NCBI GenBank assembly: GCA_963674945.2
Contig: CAXXWQ010000004.1
Span: 1,504,001-1,568,000, forward strand
Direction: 5' to 3'
Source of the DNA: an uncultured Desulfosarcina sp.
GTDB taxonomy: Bacteria; Desulfobacterota; Desulfobacteria; Desulfobacterales; Desulfosarcinaceae
Length of the DNA: 64,000 bases
Numbering within the stretch: position 1 is the first letter of the stretch; each line of letters starts with the position of its first letter. Shown here piece after piece: positions 19,838 to 29,870 of this stretch. The translations under genes were made by a program, and so were the position numbers. The notes beneath the pieces are model-generated. The model saw only the letters and a list, made by a program, of their open reading frames with translations, searched no databases and was not told the DNA's origin.

Positions 19838-20053
19838 ATGGATCGTAAACGCTATCAAGTCAAATCGGCCTGCCCGCAATGCGGGTGCAGCTTTGCCCAG
19901 GTAATGTCCAAGGAAGAACTCTTGGAAAAATACGGAGACACCCCCAACATGGAATTGGAGTGTGGTGAATGCATGATGAAGTTTGCAACGGACAGAAAAA
20001 GCGCCTGTCCCGAATGGGATGATGAATGCCGGTTGAATGAAGGCAAGGATTGA
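19838..20053 (+). CDS. Small Cys-rich zinc-ribbon/rubredoxin-like protein
   Basis: GGGAGGG RBS; CPQCGC, CGEC, CPEWDDEC. Confidence 0.75.
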   Translation: MDRKRYQVKSACPQCGCSFAQVMSKEELLEKYGDTPNMELECGECMMKFATDRKSACPEWDDECRLNEGKD

Positions 20054-20203
20054 CCCCATTCAAAGCGATGTCCGCCTCCTTTTTGTATTGACAGACAGAT
20101 GCCAAAATGGGCATGTATCGGTTGCTGTCCAGGTAACCCAAGCTCATGAAACCAAAATTGAGTGTATGTGCCCGTATCGTAGGGAAGAAAGGCAAAACCG
20201 ACT

Positions 20204-20686
20204 ATGAGATACGATTTTTCTGCAGACGACGTGTTCGAAATGGCGGAGCAGATCGAAAGAAACGGCGCCGCATTTTATAGAAAGGCCGCAGCCGACATTT
20301 CCGAACCAGAGGCAAAAACGTTTTTAACGGAACTTGCCGTCATGGAAGACAACCATGAGAAAACATTTGCTGCGATAAGGAAAGAACTCACCAATGCGGA
20401 GAAAGCCCAAACCGTCTTCGATCCGGAAGGTGAGGCAGAGGCTTATCTCAAGGCCCTGGCGGACACCCGTGTGTTTTTCGAAAAAGAAATCGACACCTCG
20501 ACCATGGAGGCGATACTAAAAGCGGCCATTTTGGCAGAAAAGGACTCCATCGTCTTTTATCTGGGGATGAAGGAGATGGTGACCGAAAGCTTGGGCAAAT
20601 CCCGATTGGATGACATCATTAAGGAAGAGATGTCTCACATTAAACTCCTGAGCAATCGCCTCATAAACACGAAAAAAGCAAGTTAG
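20204..20686 (+). CDS. Ferritin-like/rubrerythrin-family protein
   Basis: EMAEQIERNG..FY, EDNH, EKDSIVFY, EEMSH diiron motifs. Confidence 0.9.
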   Translation: MRYDFSADDVFEMAEQIERNGAAFYRKAAADISEPEAKTFLTELAVMEDNHEKTFAAIRKELTNAEKAQTVFDPEGEAEAYLKALADTRVFFEKEIDTSTMEAILKAAILAEKDSIVFYLGMKEMVTESLGKSRLDDIIKEEMSHIKLLSNRLINTKKAS

Positions 20687-20695
20687 CGCAAAGGA

Positions 20696-20793
20696 TGTCC
20701 AATACTACAGAAAACAACATGGTCTATTGAACTCTTTCCGGAATCGCGATGTAAAAGGTTTGGGTTGCCATGTTGTTTCTGTACCGTTGGACA
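20696..20793. repeat. 98-bp intergenic palindromic element
   Basis: TGTCCAATACTACAGAAAACAACATGG pairs imperfectly with CCATGTTGTTTCTGTACCGTTGGACA. Confidence 0.65.
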
Positions 20794-21212
20794 CCCATTG
20801 ACGACAAGCCACCCGAACCGTTGCACCCGCCTTCACCGATACCGTCTTTCACGATGATCACAATTGCGTATTGGATTCAGAGGAGACAGTCAAAGCGTCC
20901 CGAAAATCCTGTCTTGTGAGACACCTTTGTATCAAAATAAACGTGAGACCGGAGAAAGGCATGAACCACCGGACATTACGGCAATACGGCGCGATTTGCG
21001 TGTCCTTCCACTTACGTAAGCCACCAAACGGGGTCTCCGACCCTAACGGCTGCAGCGCCGCAACAGAAATTATATGAAATAATTATAGAGTTTTACATTA
21101 ATATTTGTTACCAACCACCAATCCTGGCATACATCTTGTTAATCTCTATATCAGCACTGTCGACCCCCCGACCAACGTCGACGGGCGCCAACCCTTCGGA
21201 GATTTTCATTTT

Positions 21213-21422
21213 GTGAGACCTTGTGATCAAAATTTAAAGCAAGCCATCCTGCTGGCACAAAGCATGATCGAGTTGGCCGATCGAGGAGATGGTGACCGGG
21301 AAGATACCGGATGTGGCATTCTTTACGGTGTTCTTCGAGATTCGGGATACAAGATCAAGCGGTTGGCCGAAGACGAAAAATTGAAACACATGGCCAAGGG
21401 CTGGTGGGATGAAACGTGTTAA
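21213..21422 (+). CDS. Small conserved hypothetical protein preceding rubrerythrin
   Basis: GTG start after [36 protein letters not shown]. Confidence 0.7.
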   Translation: MRPCDQNLKQAILLAQSMIELADRGDGDREDTGCGILYGVLRDSGYKIKRLAEDEKLKHMAKGWWDETC

Positions 21423-21463
21423 CCCAACGCAACGATCCAAAAACAACCAAAGGAGGATATGAA

Positions 21464-22039
21464 GTGGCATCTATCAAAGGAACAAAAACGGAAAAAAACA
21501 TATTGACGGCATTTTGCGGTGAATCCCAGGCGAGAAACCGTTATACGTATTTTTCCAAACAAGCCAGAAAGGAAGGTTTTGTACAGATTGCGGACATCTT
21601 CGAAGAGACTGCCAACCAGGAGAAAGAACATGCCAAACGGCTGTTCAAACTGCTGGAAGGTGGCGAGGTTGAAATCACCGGTGCATTTCCCGCCGGTGTA
21701 ATTGGTACCACCACCGAAAACCTGGCCGAAGCCGCAGGTGGTGAGAACTATGAATGGACCACCATGTATCCCGATTTCGCCAAAGTCGCGCGGGAAGAGG
21801 GATTCGATCACATTGCCTTTATTTTCGAAGCCATCGCGGTTGCTGAAAAGCAGCACGAAAAGCGATATTTGGACCTGAAAGCCAACATCGAGGCCGGCCG
21901 GGTCTTCAAACGGGAAGAGAGCGTCACCTGGCGCTGCCGCAATTGCGGGTATCTTTTCGCAGGAACGGAACCGCCGGAGATGTGTCCTGCCTGTGCCCAT
22001 CCCCAGGCACACTTCGAACTTCTGGGCGAAAACTGGTAG
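21464..22039 (+). CDS. rbr: Rubrerythrin
   Basis: AGGAGG RBS, GTG start; [19 protein letters not shown]-terminal CRNCGY..CPACAHP. Confidence 0.95.
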   Translation: MASIKGTKTEKNILTAFCGESQARNRYTYFSKQARKEGFVQIADIFEETANQEKEHAKRLFKLLEGGEVEITGAFPAGVIGTTTENLAEAAGGENYEWTTMYPDFAKVAREEGFDHIAFIFEAIAVAEKQHEKRYLDLKANIEAGRVFKREESVTWRCRNCGYLFAGTEPPEMCPACAHPQAHFELLGENW

Positions 22040-22086
22040 CCAGATACACAAAACCAATAACCGGTAATTAGGAAAAGGAGAATAAA

Positions 22087-22461
22087 ATGGCGGAGAGATA
22101 TGAGGTCTACAAATGTGATCTTTGTGGAAACATCGTTCAGGTCCTCGTTGGTGGGGGAGGAGAACTCGTTTGCTGTGGCGAACCAATGAAAAAGCTGACG
22201 GAAAACACCGTCGATGCGGCAAAGGAGAAACACGTTCCGGCAATCGAAAAGATCGATGGCGGTTACAAGGTCAAAGTGGGAAGCGTCCCACACCCCATGG
22301 AAGAAAAACATTACATTCAATGGATCGAATTGATCGCGGACGGCAAGTCCTACTTTCAGTTCCTCGAACCGGGACAGACCCCCGAAGCCTGCTTCATGAT
22401 CGACGCGGCGACGGTTTCCGCCAGGGAGTACTGCAACCTTCACGGATTGTGGAAAGCCTGA
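22087..22461 (+). CDS. dfx: Desulfoferrodoxin (superoxide reductase)
   Basis: [38 protein letters not shown]. Confidence 0.96.
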   Translation: MAERYEVYKCDLCGNIVQVLVGGGGELVCCGEPMKKLTENTVDAAKEKHVPAIEKIDGGYKVKVGSVPHPMEEKHYIQWIELIADGKSYFQFLEPGQTPEACFMIDAATVSAREYCNLHGLWKA

Positions 22462-22631
22462 TTCGTTGTATTCAAACCGGGTGCTCTGCACTCTGAACCA
22501 ACCCGAACGATGAAAGCACGTAACGTGCTGTTGGATATCCGGATCAAAGCCGAATGTCCAAGCCACTCGCCCTGGGATTGGTCGTTGAGACCAAAAAACA
22601 TTTTGAAACATCAGCGGCCACATCCAACCAT

Positions 22632-22674
22632 TGGTATGAGACGGTGTTCACCGGCATGACCCCGTCTCATACCA
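22632..22674. repeat. Perfect 13-bp inverted repeat (hairpin) between dfx and the next gene
   Basis: TGGTATGAGACGG-N17-CCGTCTCATACCA. Confidence 0.55.
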
Positions 22675-22799
22675 GCACAATTTCGGCCATCGTCGTCTCA
22701 GTGGTGGACAGTACTCGCAATGCCGAGGATAAACACCCGTGAGAGTAAAAACATCCTTCGATGGTCGAATCCATCTGTTACACCATAAGGAGGTGCGCT

Positions 22800-22955
22800 A
22801 TGGGAAGCTGGAAATGTGGCAACTGCGGATATGAACTCGAGGCGGATAGCCCGCCGGAGAAGTGTCCGTCCTGCAAAGAGAAATGTGAGTTCCTGGACAA
22901 CACCTGCTATACGCCCGACTGCGAGTTTGAGGGTAAGGACCCGAGAATCAAATAG
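22800..22955 (+). CDS. Small rubredoxin-like protein
   Basis: [41 protein letters not shown]. Confidence 0.82.
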   Translation: MGSWKCGNCGYELEADSPPEKCPSCKEKCEFLDNTCYTPDCEFEGKDPRIK

Positions 22956-23065
22956 TGGGCAGGTAATTTTTCCCACCCCATTGCGGGGATTGACGAAAAC
23001 GGCGCAATGTCGCCAAGGATTGTTGCGGCAATACGCCTTACAATCCACGATGAAAGGAAATACAA

Positions 23066-23500
23066 ATGGCCAAGGCACTCATTGTGTATGCAACGCGTAC
23101 GGGTGAAACCGAGAAGATCGGCAATCTCATCGCCGAAGGCATTCGTTTTTCCGGTCACGAAGCGGAGGTGGTAAAGGTGACGGACATCAAAAAACCGGAA
23201 GACCTGATGGGATATGATGCCGTCATTTTTGGTTCGCCGACCTACCATGGAGAAATGGTGCAAGGGATGAAGACCCTTTTGTTCATGGCGGAAAAGGCCG
23301 AGCTGGAGAACAAGGTGGGTGGATCATTCGGTGCCTTCGGATGGAGCGGTGAAGCTCCGGATCGAATCTTCGATACCATGAAAAACATCTTCCGGATGAA
23401 TATGGTGAGCATTCCCCTTCGGCTCAAATCCGCCGGCCTGGGCGGTGGAATGAAGATGGCCCAGGACTATGGTAAGGAAGTGGCCGAGAAACTCGCATAG
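23066..23500 (+). CDS. Flavodoxin-domain protein
   Basis: YATRTGET, GSPTYHG, FGAFGWSGEA. Confidence 0.9.
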   Translation: MAKALIVYATRTGETEKIGNLIAEGIRFSGHEAEVVKVTDIKKPEDLMGYDAVIFGSPTYHGEMVQGMKTLLFMAEKAELENKVGGSFGAFGWSGEAPDRIFDTMKNIFRMNMVSIPLRLKSAGLGGGMKMAQDYGKEVAEKLA

Positions 23501-23640
23501 TGCCCATCCAGAAATGGCCAATTTGCCCGATATCGGCGTTGCGCGAAAAATTGTATCCTCGGAATATCAACCATATACCTCCGGTAAAATTTTTCGGGCG
23601 CCTTGATCTCGACCAAATTTTCCTATTCTGGACGAACACT
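23499..23640. repeat. 142-bp intergenic palindromic element, copy B
   Basis: Ends AGTGCCCATCCAGAA / TTCTGGACGAACACT. Internal TATCGGCGTT, CAACCATA and GCCTTGATCTCGA are shared with copy A. Confidence 0.75.
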
Positions 23641-23698
23641 CGCACAGCAATCGTGCATACACGAAAAACCACCAATTTACTAAGATAAGGAGTATGCC

Positions 23699-23884
23699 AT
23701 GACGACACCACAACATTGCCCCGGATGGGAGAGTTTCAAGAACCTGAAATCGTTCATCTGCAAATGTCCCGAGTGCGGCGAAAGCAAAGAGATCTTTTCC
23801 GATGAATTCAACAAGGAACACACCTGTGCAAAATGCGGTAAGATCATCGATTTTACCCAGTGCACACTAGACGGCGGCGCCTGA
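23699..23884 (+). CDS. Small Cys-rich zinc-ribbon protein
   Basis: AAGGAG RBS; HCPG, CKCPECG..EIFSDE..CAKCG. Confidence 0.78.
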   Translation: MTTPQHCPGWESFKNLKSFICKCPECGESKEIFSDEFNKEHTCAKCGKIIDFTQCTLDGGA

Positions 23885-24044
23885 GGCTTGCGACGGCAAC
23901 AAGCGCTAACCCCGTGTACCGTTAATGGATTTACCGGTAGTATGATCCGAAGTCCGTATGGAGAAAGGATCCGTTCGACATAAGGGACCGGTGAACCGCT
24001 TATGAACGGTAACGGATTCGGTACCTGATTAAGGAGGATTTTGT

Positions 24045-25361
24045 ATGGACGTTGTCATGTTATCCCGGCTCCAGTTTGCCGCTGCCACCATGTTTCACTT
24101 CCTGTTCGTTCCCCTCACGTTGGGATTATCCGTCCTGGTTGCATATATGGAAACCCAGTATGTGCGTACGGGAGATGAGACCTATCTTCGCATGACCAAA
24201 TTTTGGGGCAAACTCTTTCTCATCAACTTTGCCCTGGGTGTCGTCACCGGTATCACGCTGGAATTCCAGTTCGGCACCAACTGGTCCCGCTATAGCGCCT
24301 ATGTGGGGGACATATTCGGATCAATCCTGGCCATCGAGGCGACCCTGGCGTTTTTCCTGGAGTCGACCTTCATCGGCATCTGGATCTTCGGCTGGAAAAA
24401 ACTCTCCAAGAAAGCCCATGCCACGGTCATGTGGCTGGTTGCCGCTGCCGGTAACATCTCCGCCGTCTGGATTCTGTTGGCCAACGGCTGGATGCAGCAA
24501 CCGTTGGGATACACCATCCGTAACGGACGTGCGGAACTGACGGATTTTCTGGCGGTTGTCACGAATCCATTCGGCCTTCTGGAAATCGTCCATACGATCC
24601 CTTCCGCCTTTTTGCTTTCCGCTTTCTTCGTCATGGGCATCAGCGCATGGCACCTTCTCAAAAAACAACATATCGAATTTTTTACCCGCTCCTTTAACAT
24701 CGGTTTGGTGGTGGGACTGATCTCCTCGCTCGTGGTAATCTTCACGGGCGATCTGCATGCCGTCCACGTCACCAAGACCCAGCCCGCCAAATTGGCAGCC
24801 ATGGAATCCCATTGGGAAACCCAGACCCAGGCCCCCATGGTCTTGTTCGCCCTTCCGGACGAAGAGAACGAAACAAACAAGATCGAAATCGGTCGGATTC
24901 CCGGCGTACTGAGCTTTTTGGGGCATCACGACATCAACGCTTCGGTAACCGGGCTGAAAGACATTCCCAAAGACGAACGGCCACCAGTCATGTTGACCTT
25001 TGCCTCGTTTCGAACCATGGTCGCATTGGGAACCTTGTTTCCTCTGCTCACCATCATCGGATTGGTGCTTCGAAAGCGCCTCCTGGAATCCCGTTGGTAT
25101 CTTTGGATCATGCTTTTTTCCCTCCCGCTGCCCTATCTCGCCATGGAGATGGGATGGGTATTGGCAGAAGTGGGCCGCCAGCCATGGATCGTCTATGGCC
25201 TGCTGAAAACCGCCGATGCCGCTTCTCCCATCGCTGTTTCCCAGGCAGCGTCATCGTTGGTAGCCTTTATCCTGGTCTATGGACTCTTGGGGCTCACCGG
25301 TTTCTACCTGATCGCCAATTATGCCAACAAGGGACCTGAGATGGAAACCGGCACTGCATGA
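24045..25361 (+). CDS. cydA: Cytochrome bd ubiquinol oxidase subunit I
   Basis: SRLQFA..FHFLFVP, EFQFGTNWS, QPAKLAAME, EVGRQPW. Confidence 0.97.
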   Translation: MDVVMLSRLQFAAATMFHFLFVPLTLGLSVLVAYMETQYVRTGDETYLRMTKFWGKLFLINFALGVVTGITLEFQFGTNWSRYSAYVGDIFGSILAIEATLAFFLESTFIGIWIFGWKKLSKKAHATVMWLVAAAGNISAVWILLANGWMQQPLGYTIRNGRAELTDFLAVVTNPFGLLEIVHTIPSAFLLSAFFVMGISAWHLLKKQHIEFFTRSFNIGLVVGLISSLVVIFTGDLHAVHVTKTQPAKLAAMESHWETQTQAPMVLFALPDEENETNKIEIGRIPGVLSFLGHHDINASVTGLKDIPKDERPPVMLTFASFRTMVALGTLFPLLTIIGLVLRKRLLESRWYLWIMLFSLPLPYLAMEMGWVLAEVGRQPWIVYGLLKTADAASPIAVSQAASSLVAFILVYGLLGLTGFYLIANYANKGPEMETGTA

Positions 25362-25408
25362 TTGTCAAAAAAACGAAAACGAAATAAAGAAAAAAACGGG
25401 GGTTTTTC

Positions 25409-26437
25409 ATGGAATTGCAATCGGTATGGTTCTTCATTTGGGGGCTGCTCTGGGCGGTGTTTTTCATTACGGATGGTTTTGATTTCGGGATCGGTACGCT
25501 GTATCCCTTCCTGGGAAAAACAGAACGAGACAAACACATGATGATTCACGCCATGGGACCTCTTTGGGACGGCAACGAGGTGTGGCTGATAACCGCCGGT
25601 GGCGTTACTTTCGCCGCCTTTCCGCTGGTATATGCCGTGATGTTTTCCTCTTTATACACGGCTCTCATGCTGATTCTCTTCGCCTTGATCCTTCGCGGGG
25701 TATCTTTTGAGTTCCGGAACAAGGTCGACAATCCGGCGTGGAAAAAGGTGTGGGATACCTGCATCTTCGTGGGAAGCTTTCTGCCCGCCCTTTTGTTTGG
25801 GGTCGCCTTCGCCAATATATTCAAGGGAATTCCCATCGATCAACAAGGGCTCTACCAGGGCAATCTGTTTACCCTGCTCAATCCCTACGGCATACTGGGC
25901 GGACTGCTCTTCGTCTGCCTTTTTTTGGTTCACGGCGCCTTGTGGCTTACCATTCGTTCCGACGGTGATCTGGCCCAGCGAAGCGAAAAATTGGCCGGGA
26001 CCCTCTGGCCAATTCTCACCGGTGTCGCGGTGATATTTCTGGTTGCGACCTACATATTCACGCCGCTGTACGACAACTATCTGGCCAATCCCGTCTTGTT
26101 CCTGGTTCCCGTCATTTCGGTTGCCGGTATCTTCGGAATCCGGTACTTTATCCAGAAGAGAACATTCTTTCTGGCATGGGTGTCATCTGCGGTCACCATC
26201 GTATTCTGCACTTTTTTCGGCGTGATCGGGCTGTTTCCCAACCTGTTCCCCTCCAGTATCGACCCGGAGTACAGCCTTTCGGCGTTCAACGCCTCGTCCA
26301 GCCCGCTGACCCTGAAGATCATGCTCATCGTCGTGCTGCTTTTCGTACCCGTGGTATTGGCATATCAGGTCTGGGCGTACAAGCTGTTTTCCGTTAAGGT
26401 GACCGATGAAGACATGGCCCACGAAGAGACCTATTAG
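25409..26437 (+). CDS. cydB: Cytochrome bd ubiquinol oxidase subunit II
   Basis: DGFDFGIG, WDGNEVWL, LILRGVSFEFR. Confidence 0.97.
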   Translation: MELQSVWFFIWGLLWAVFFITDGFDFGIGTLYPFLGKTERDKHMMIHAMGPLWDGNEVWLITAGGVTFAAFPLVYAVMFSSLYTALMLILFALILRGVSFEFRNKVDNPAWKKVWDTCIFVGSFLPALLFGVAFANIFKGIPIDQQGLYQGNLFTLLNPYGILGGLLFVCLFLVHGALWLTIRSDGDLAQRSEKLAGTLWPILTGVAVIFLVATYIFTPLYDNYLANPVLFLVPVISVAGIFGIRYFIQKRTFFLAWVSSAVTIVFCTFFGVIGLFPNLFPSSIDPEYSLSAFNASSSPLTLKIMLIVVLLFVPVVLAYQVWAYKLFSVKVTDEDMAHEETY

Positions 26438-26459
26438 ATAAGAGAGAAAGGGAGAATTC

Positions 26460-26810
26460 ATGCGTTCACCTTTTACGTGCATCACAATTGTTGCCGTGTT
26501 CGGCCTCCTTTTCTCTGTGGCTGTCACTTCTGCAGCCGTGAACCGGGGCCCCGGCAATATCGAAATATACGGCGGCAGCCAGGGAAAGGTCCCCTTTCCC
26601 CACGCCCTGCATCAGGATCGTGAAAAAGATTGCAATGTCTGCCATAGCGTATTTCCCCAAAAGCACGGTGCCATGAAACAGATGAAGGAAGCGGGAAGCC
26701 TCAAACCGAAGAAGGTGATGAACCTGCAATGCATCAAATGCCATAAGCAGGCAAAACGGGAAGGAAGACCCCACGGTCCCGTCACCTGCAATACCTGCCA
26801 TGTCAAGTAA
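26460..26810 (+). CDS. Periplasmic triheme cytochrome c (c3/c7-like)
   Basis: Signal peptide; CNVCH, CIKCH, CNTCH; VPFPHALH. Confidence 0.88.
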   Translation: MRSPFTCITIVAVFGLLFSVAVTSAAVNRGPGNIEIYGGSQGKVPFPHALHQDREKDCNVCHSVFPQKHGAMKQMKEAGSLKPKKVMNLQCIKCHKQAKREGRPHGPVTCNTCHVK

Positions 26811-26823
26811 ACCAAAACAAGTG

Positions 26824-26882
26824 ATCAGTTATCGGTAATCAGCGATCAGTCAACTGAGAACCGAGAACCGAGAACCGAGAAC
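26824..26882. repeat. Tandem heptamer repeats
   Basis: ATCAGTT ATCGGTA ATCAGCG ATCAGTC followed by about four GAGAACC units. Confidence 0.7.
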
Positions 26883-26892
26883 GAATACCACC

Positions 26893-27867
26893 ATGTTTGT
26901 ATTAGGACTTCAAGGCAGCCCCCGTAAAGGCGGCAACACCGACACTCTTCTGGCGGCGTTTTTAGAAAAGGCAGCAGGGAAAGGGGCCGGCGTGCACACC
27001 ATACAGGTTCCCTGGGCAAGGATCGAGCCCTGCAGAGGATGCGGTTATTGCGAAACCCATGGCACCTGTGTCATCGCCAAAGATCCCATGTCCACCGAGG
27101 TCTATGGATTGATGCGAAAAGCAGATGTAATCGTGGCCGCCTCCCCTGTCTTTTTCTACGGTATTTCCGCGCAACTCAAGGGGCTCATCGATCGCAGCCA
27201 GGCTCTCTGGTCCCGAAAATACGTCTACAAATTGAAAGATCCCAGGGCCGGCACGCGAAAAGGCGTCCTTTTGAGCGTTGGGGCATCAAAGGGCAAACAA
27301 TTGTTCGACGGCATCCACCTGACCGCAAAATATTTTTTCGATGCCGTCGATGCCTGCTTCGAAAGCGCATTGACCTATCGTGGTGTCGAATCCAAGGGCA
27401 CCATTCTAGATCAGGCCAACATCTTTACCGACATCGACGACACCGTTGAAAAGATCATCGTTCCCCTTGTCCGTCGCAAGCGCGTCCTCTTTGTATCGGC
27501 AAGCGGCGCCTGCCTTTCCCCCATGGCCGCAGCCATCACCCAGAGGCGGTACGGCGATGGAATCGACGCCGACTTTGCCGCCCATTCACCTTCATCCGGA
27601 TTTTCGGAACAGATGGTTCAAACCATGGAAAAATCCGGCGTGGATGTAAGATACGGCAAACCGAAAGCAATGGACCAGACGATATTGGATCCGGCCCCGG
27701 ATCTGACGGTCACCATGGGTAACCCAGTGGATCACGAAAATATTCCCGGCCTGCAGAAAGTGCATTGGCACATTGACCAGCCGGCGGAATCGGACGAAAA
27801 TGCCATGGAGCAGTTGCATCGGCAAATGAGCGACCTGATAGACCAAATGATGAAGACGTTTTTATGA
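26893..27867 (+). CDS. Iron-sulfur flavoprotein (flavodoxin-like) fused to a degenerate ArsC/LMW-PTP domain
   Basis: [29 protein letters not shown]-terminal [24 protein letters not shown]. Confidence 0.85.
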   Translation: MFVLGLQGSPRKGGNTDTLLAAFLEKAAGKGAGVHTIQVPWARIEPCRGCGYCETHGTCVIAKDPMSTEVYGLMRKADVIVAASPVFFYGISAQLKGLIDRSQALWSRKYVYKLKDPRAGTRKGVLLSVGASKGKQLFDGIHLTAKYFFDAVDACFESALTYRGVESKGTILDQANIFTDIDDTVEKIIVPLVRRKRVLFVSASGACLSPMAAAITQRRYGDGIDADFAAHSPSSGFSEQMVQTMEKSGVDVRYGKPKAMDQTILDPAPDLTVTMGNPVDHENIPGLQKVHWHIDQPAESDENAMEQLHRQMSDLIDQMMKTFL

Positions 27868-27880
27868 AAAGGAGTCGAAG

Positions 27881-28060
27881 ATGGCCCAACCCCACGAGAT
27901 GTACCAATGCCAAACACAAAGCTGTGGATACATTTACAATCCCGACAAGGGTGACCGTAAGGGAAAGATCCCCAAGGGGACTTCCTTTGACGATCTTCCC
28001 GATGACTGGAAGTGCCCCATCTGCGGTGCCGGGAAAAAGATGTTCCGTCCTTTGGGATAA
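27881..28060 (+). CDS. Rubredoxin, CX4C type
   Basis: Not in the ORF track. [67 protein letters not shown]. Confidence 0.9.
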   Translation: MAQPHEMYQCQTQSCGYIYNPDKGDRKGKIPKGTSFDDLPDDWKCPICGAGKKMFRPLG

Positions 28061-28176
28061 GTCCGAAAAATTGGATTAGACACCCCGTCGCCCTTCATGG
28101 TAAAAAGGGGAACTTATCTGATTCAATCCGAATCCAGTATCTTTTATCGTTAACCAAAAATGACATGGAGGTAAAA

Positions 28177-28338
28177 ATGGACAGATATGTATGTACGCTC
28201 TGCGGATATGTCTATGACCCGGAAGCCGGTGACCCCGATAACGGCGTGGAACCCGGCACCAAATGGGAAGACGTACCGGAAGATTGGGAATGCCCGGTCT
28301 GTGGCGCCAGCAAAGACGATTTCGAAAAAGAATCGTGA
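28177..28338 (+). CDS. rub: Rubredoxin
   Basis: [31 protein letters not shown]. Confidence 0.95.
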   Translation: MDRYVCTLCGYVYDPEAGDPDNGVEPGTKWEDVPEDWECPVCGASKDDFEKES

Positions 28339-28382
28339 TGCGTCATACGGCGTATGGTTGATTCGTGTTGACTTGGCACCGA

Positions 28383-28415
28383 ATGCCCTTTTTCCGAAAG
28401 ACGGGAAAAGGGCAT
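28383..28415 (+). terminator. Hairpin after rubredoxin (partial terminator or mRNA stabiliser)
   Basis: ATGCCCTTTTTCCG-AAAGA-CGGGAAAAGGGCAT with only a weak T tail. Confidence 0.45.
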
Positions 28416-28485
28416 CTCGATTTTGCCGCTACCAATACGCGCAGGACTGAAATACAAAAGACCAAAACATAAAGGAATGGATCAG

Positions 28486-29679
28486 ATGAAACCGACGCAA
28501 ATCGCCGATGGCATCTACGATGTTGGCGTCATCGACTGGAATATAAGGGATTTTCACGGCTACTCCACCGACCAGGGAACCAGCTACAACGCTTACCTGA
28601 TCATCGATGAAAAGGTGACGCTCATCGACACGGTGAAGGCACCGTTTGCCGATCAACTCATCGGCAACATCTCGCAAATTATCGATCCGAAAAAAATCGA
28701 CGTGGTGATCAGCAATCACACGGAGATGGACCACTCGGGAGCGCTTCCCCGCATTATGCACCGGGTGGGAGAAAACAAACCCCTCTATTGCTCAAAAATG
28801 GGGGCCAAGAACCTGGCGCAGCACTTTTCTGCCCCCTTACAATACCGTGCCGTGAAAGACGGCGAACAATTATCCCTGGGCAAGCGCACCCTCACCTTCT
28901 TGGAAACCCGGATGATCCACTGGCCGGACAGCATGTTCACATACTTGAACGATGATCACATCCTGTTTTCCAGCGATGGATTCGGACAGCATTACGCAGG
29001 GTTCGACAAATTCGACGACCAGGCCGGTCCCGACCTCATGAACCAGGCAAAGAAATACTACGCCAACATCCTGTTGCTCTATGCGCAGCGAATCGAAAAA
29101 CTGATTGAAAAAGTGGTGGCATCGGGAATTAAAATCGACATGATCTGCCCGGATCATGGGGTGATCTGGCGAAAGGACCCGGGAAAAATCATCGATGCCT
29201 ATCTGAAGTGGAGCCGTCAGGAACCGGAAAAGAAGGCGGTTGTGGTCTACGATACCATGTGGAAAAGCACGGAAGCCATGGCCAATGCCGTCGCGCAGGG
29301 AATCTCCTCTGCCGGCGTGAAGGTGAAACCGATTCATATTCGAAGTTCCCATCGCAGCGACATCATGACCGAGGTACTGGATGCCGCCGCCGTAGTGGTG
29401 GGTTCCCCCACCCTGAACAACCAGATGTTTCCCACGGTGGCCGACGTTCTCACCTACATGAAGGGATTGAAACCGGCCAATAAAATCGGCGGTGCATTCG
29501 GCTCCTATGGATGGAGTGGCGAGTCCGTCAAGCTCGTTGCCTCGGAGCTTTCCGCTATGAAATTCCACATGATCGAGGACCAACCCCGACTCCAGTACGT
29601 TCCCGACAAGGACGGCATCGACGCTTGCATGGAATACGGCAAAAAAATCGGCCAGGCCGTACTCGAAGTGGTCCCCTGA
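28486..29679 (+). CDS. Flavodiiron protein (FprA/Roo, rubredoxin:oxygen oxidoreductase type)
   Basis: GTSYNAY, NHTEMDHSG, HWPDS, SSDGFGQH, PDHG and a C-terminal flavodoxin domain. Confidence 0.95.
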   Translation: MKPTQIADGIYDVGVIDWNIRDFHGYSTDQGTSYNAYLIIDEKVTLIDTVKAPFADQLIGNISQIIDPKKIDVVISNHTEMDHSGALPRIMHRVGENKPLYCSKMGAKNLAQHFSAPLQYRAVKDGEQLSLGKRTLTFLETRMIHWPDSMFTYLNDDHILFSSDGFGQHYAGFDKFDDQAGPDLMNQAKKYYANILLLYAQRIEKLIEKVVASGIKIDMICPDHGVIWRKDPGKIIDAYLKWSRQEPEKKAVVVYDTMWKSTEAMANAVAQGISSAGVKVKPIHIRSSHRSDIMTEVLDAAAVVVGSPTLNNQMFPTVADVLTYMKGLKPANKIGGAFGSYGWSGESVKLVASELSAMKFHMIEDQPRLQYVPDKDGIDACMEYGKKIGQAVLEVVP

Positions 29680-29870
29680 TGCGCATTCCCGTCGTCGACA
29701 TCGGCACCTGCACCCTCTGCATGGGTTGCGTGGAAGTGTGCCCCCAGGTATTTTCCCAGAATGACGCTGGGTATATCCAGGTCATCGAGATGAATACATA
29801 CCCCGAGGAGGCGGTAAACGAGGCGATCAAATACTGCCCGGAAAATAGTATCTCTTGGGAGGAAAGGTAA
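29679..29870 (+). CDS. Monocluster ferredoxin
   Basis: CTLCMGCVEVCP...CPENSI; TGATG translational coupling. Confidence 0.88.
   Translation: MRIPVVDIGTCTLCMGCVEVCPQVFSQNDAGYIQVIEMNTYPEEAVNEAIKYCPENSISWEER

Noticed and set aside
26824..26882. CRISPR array
   Set aside because: Spacerless 7-bp tandem units and no cas genes; no repeat-spacer array was seen anywhere in the window.
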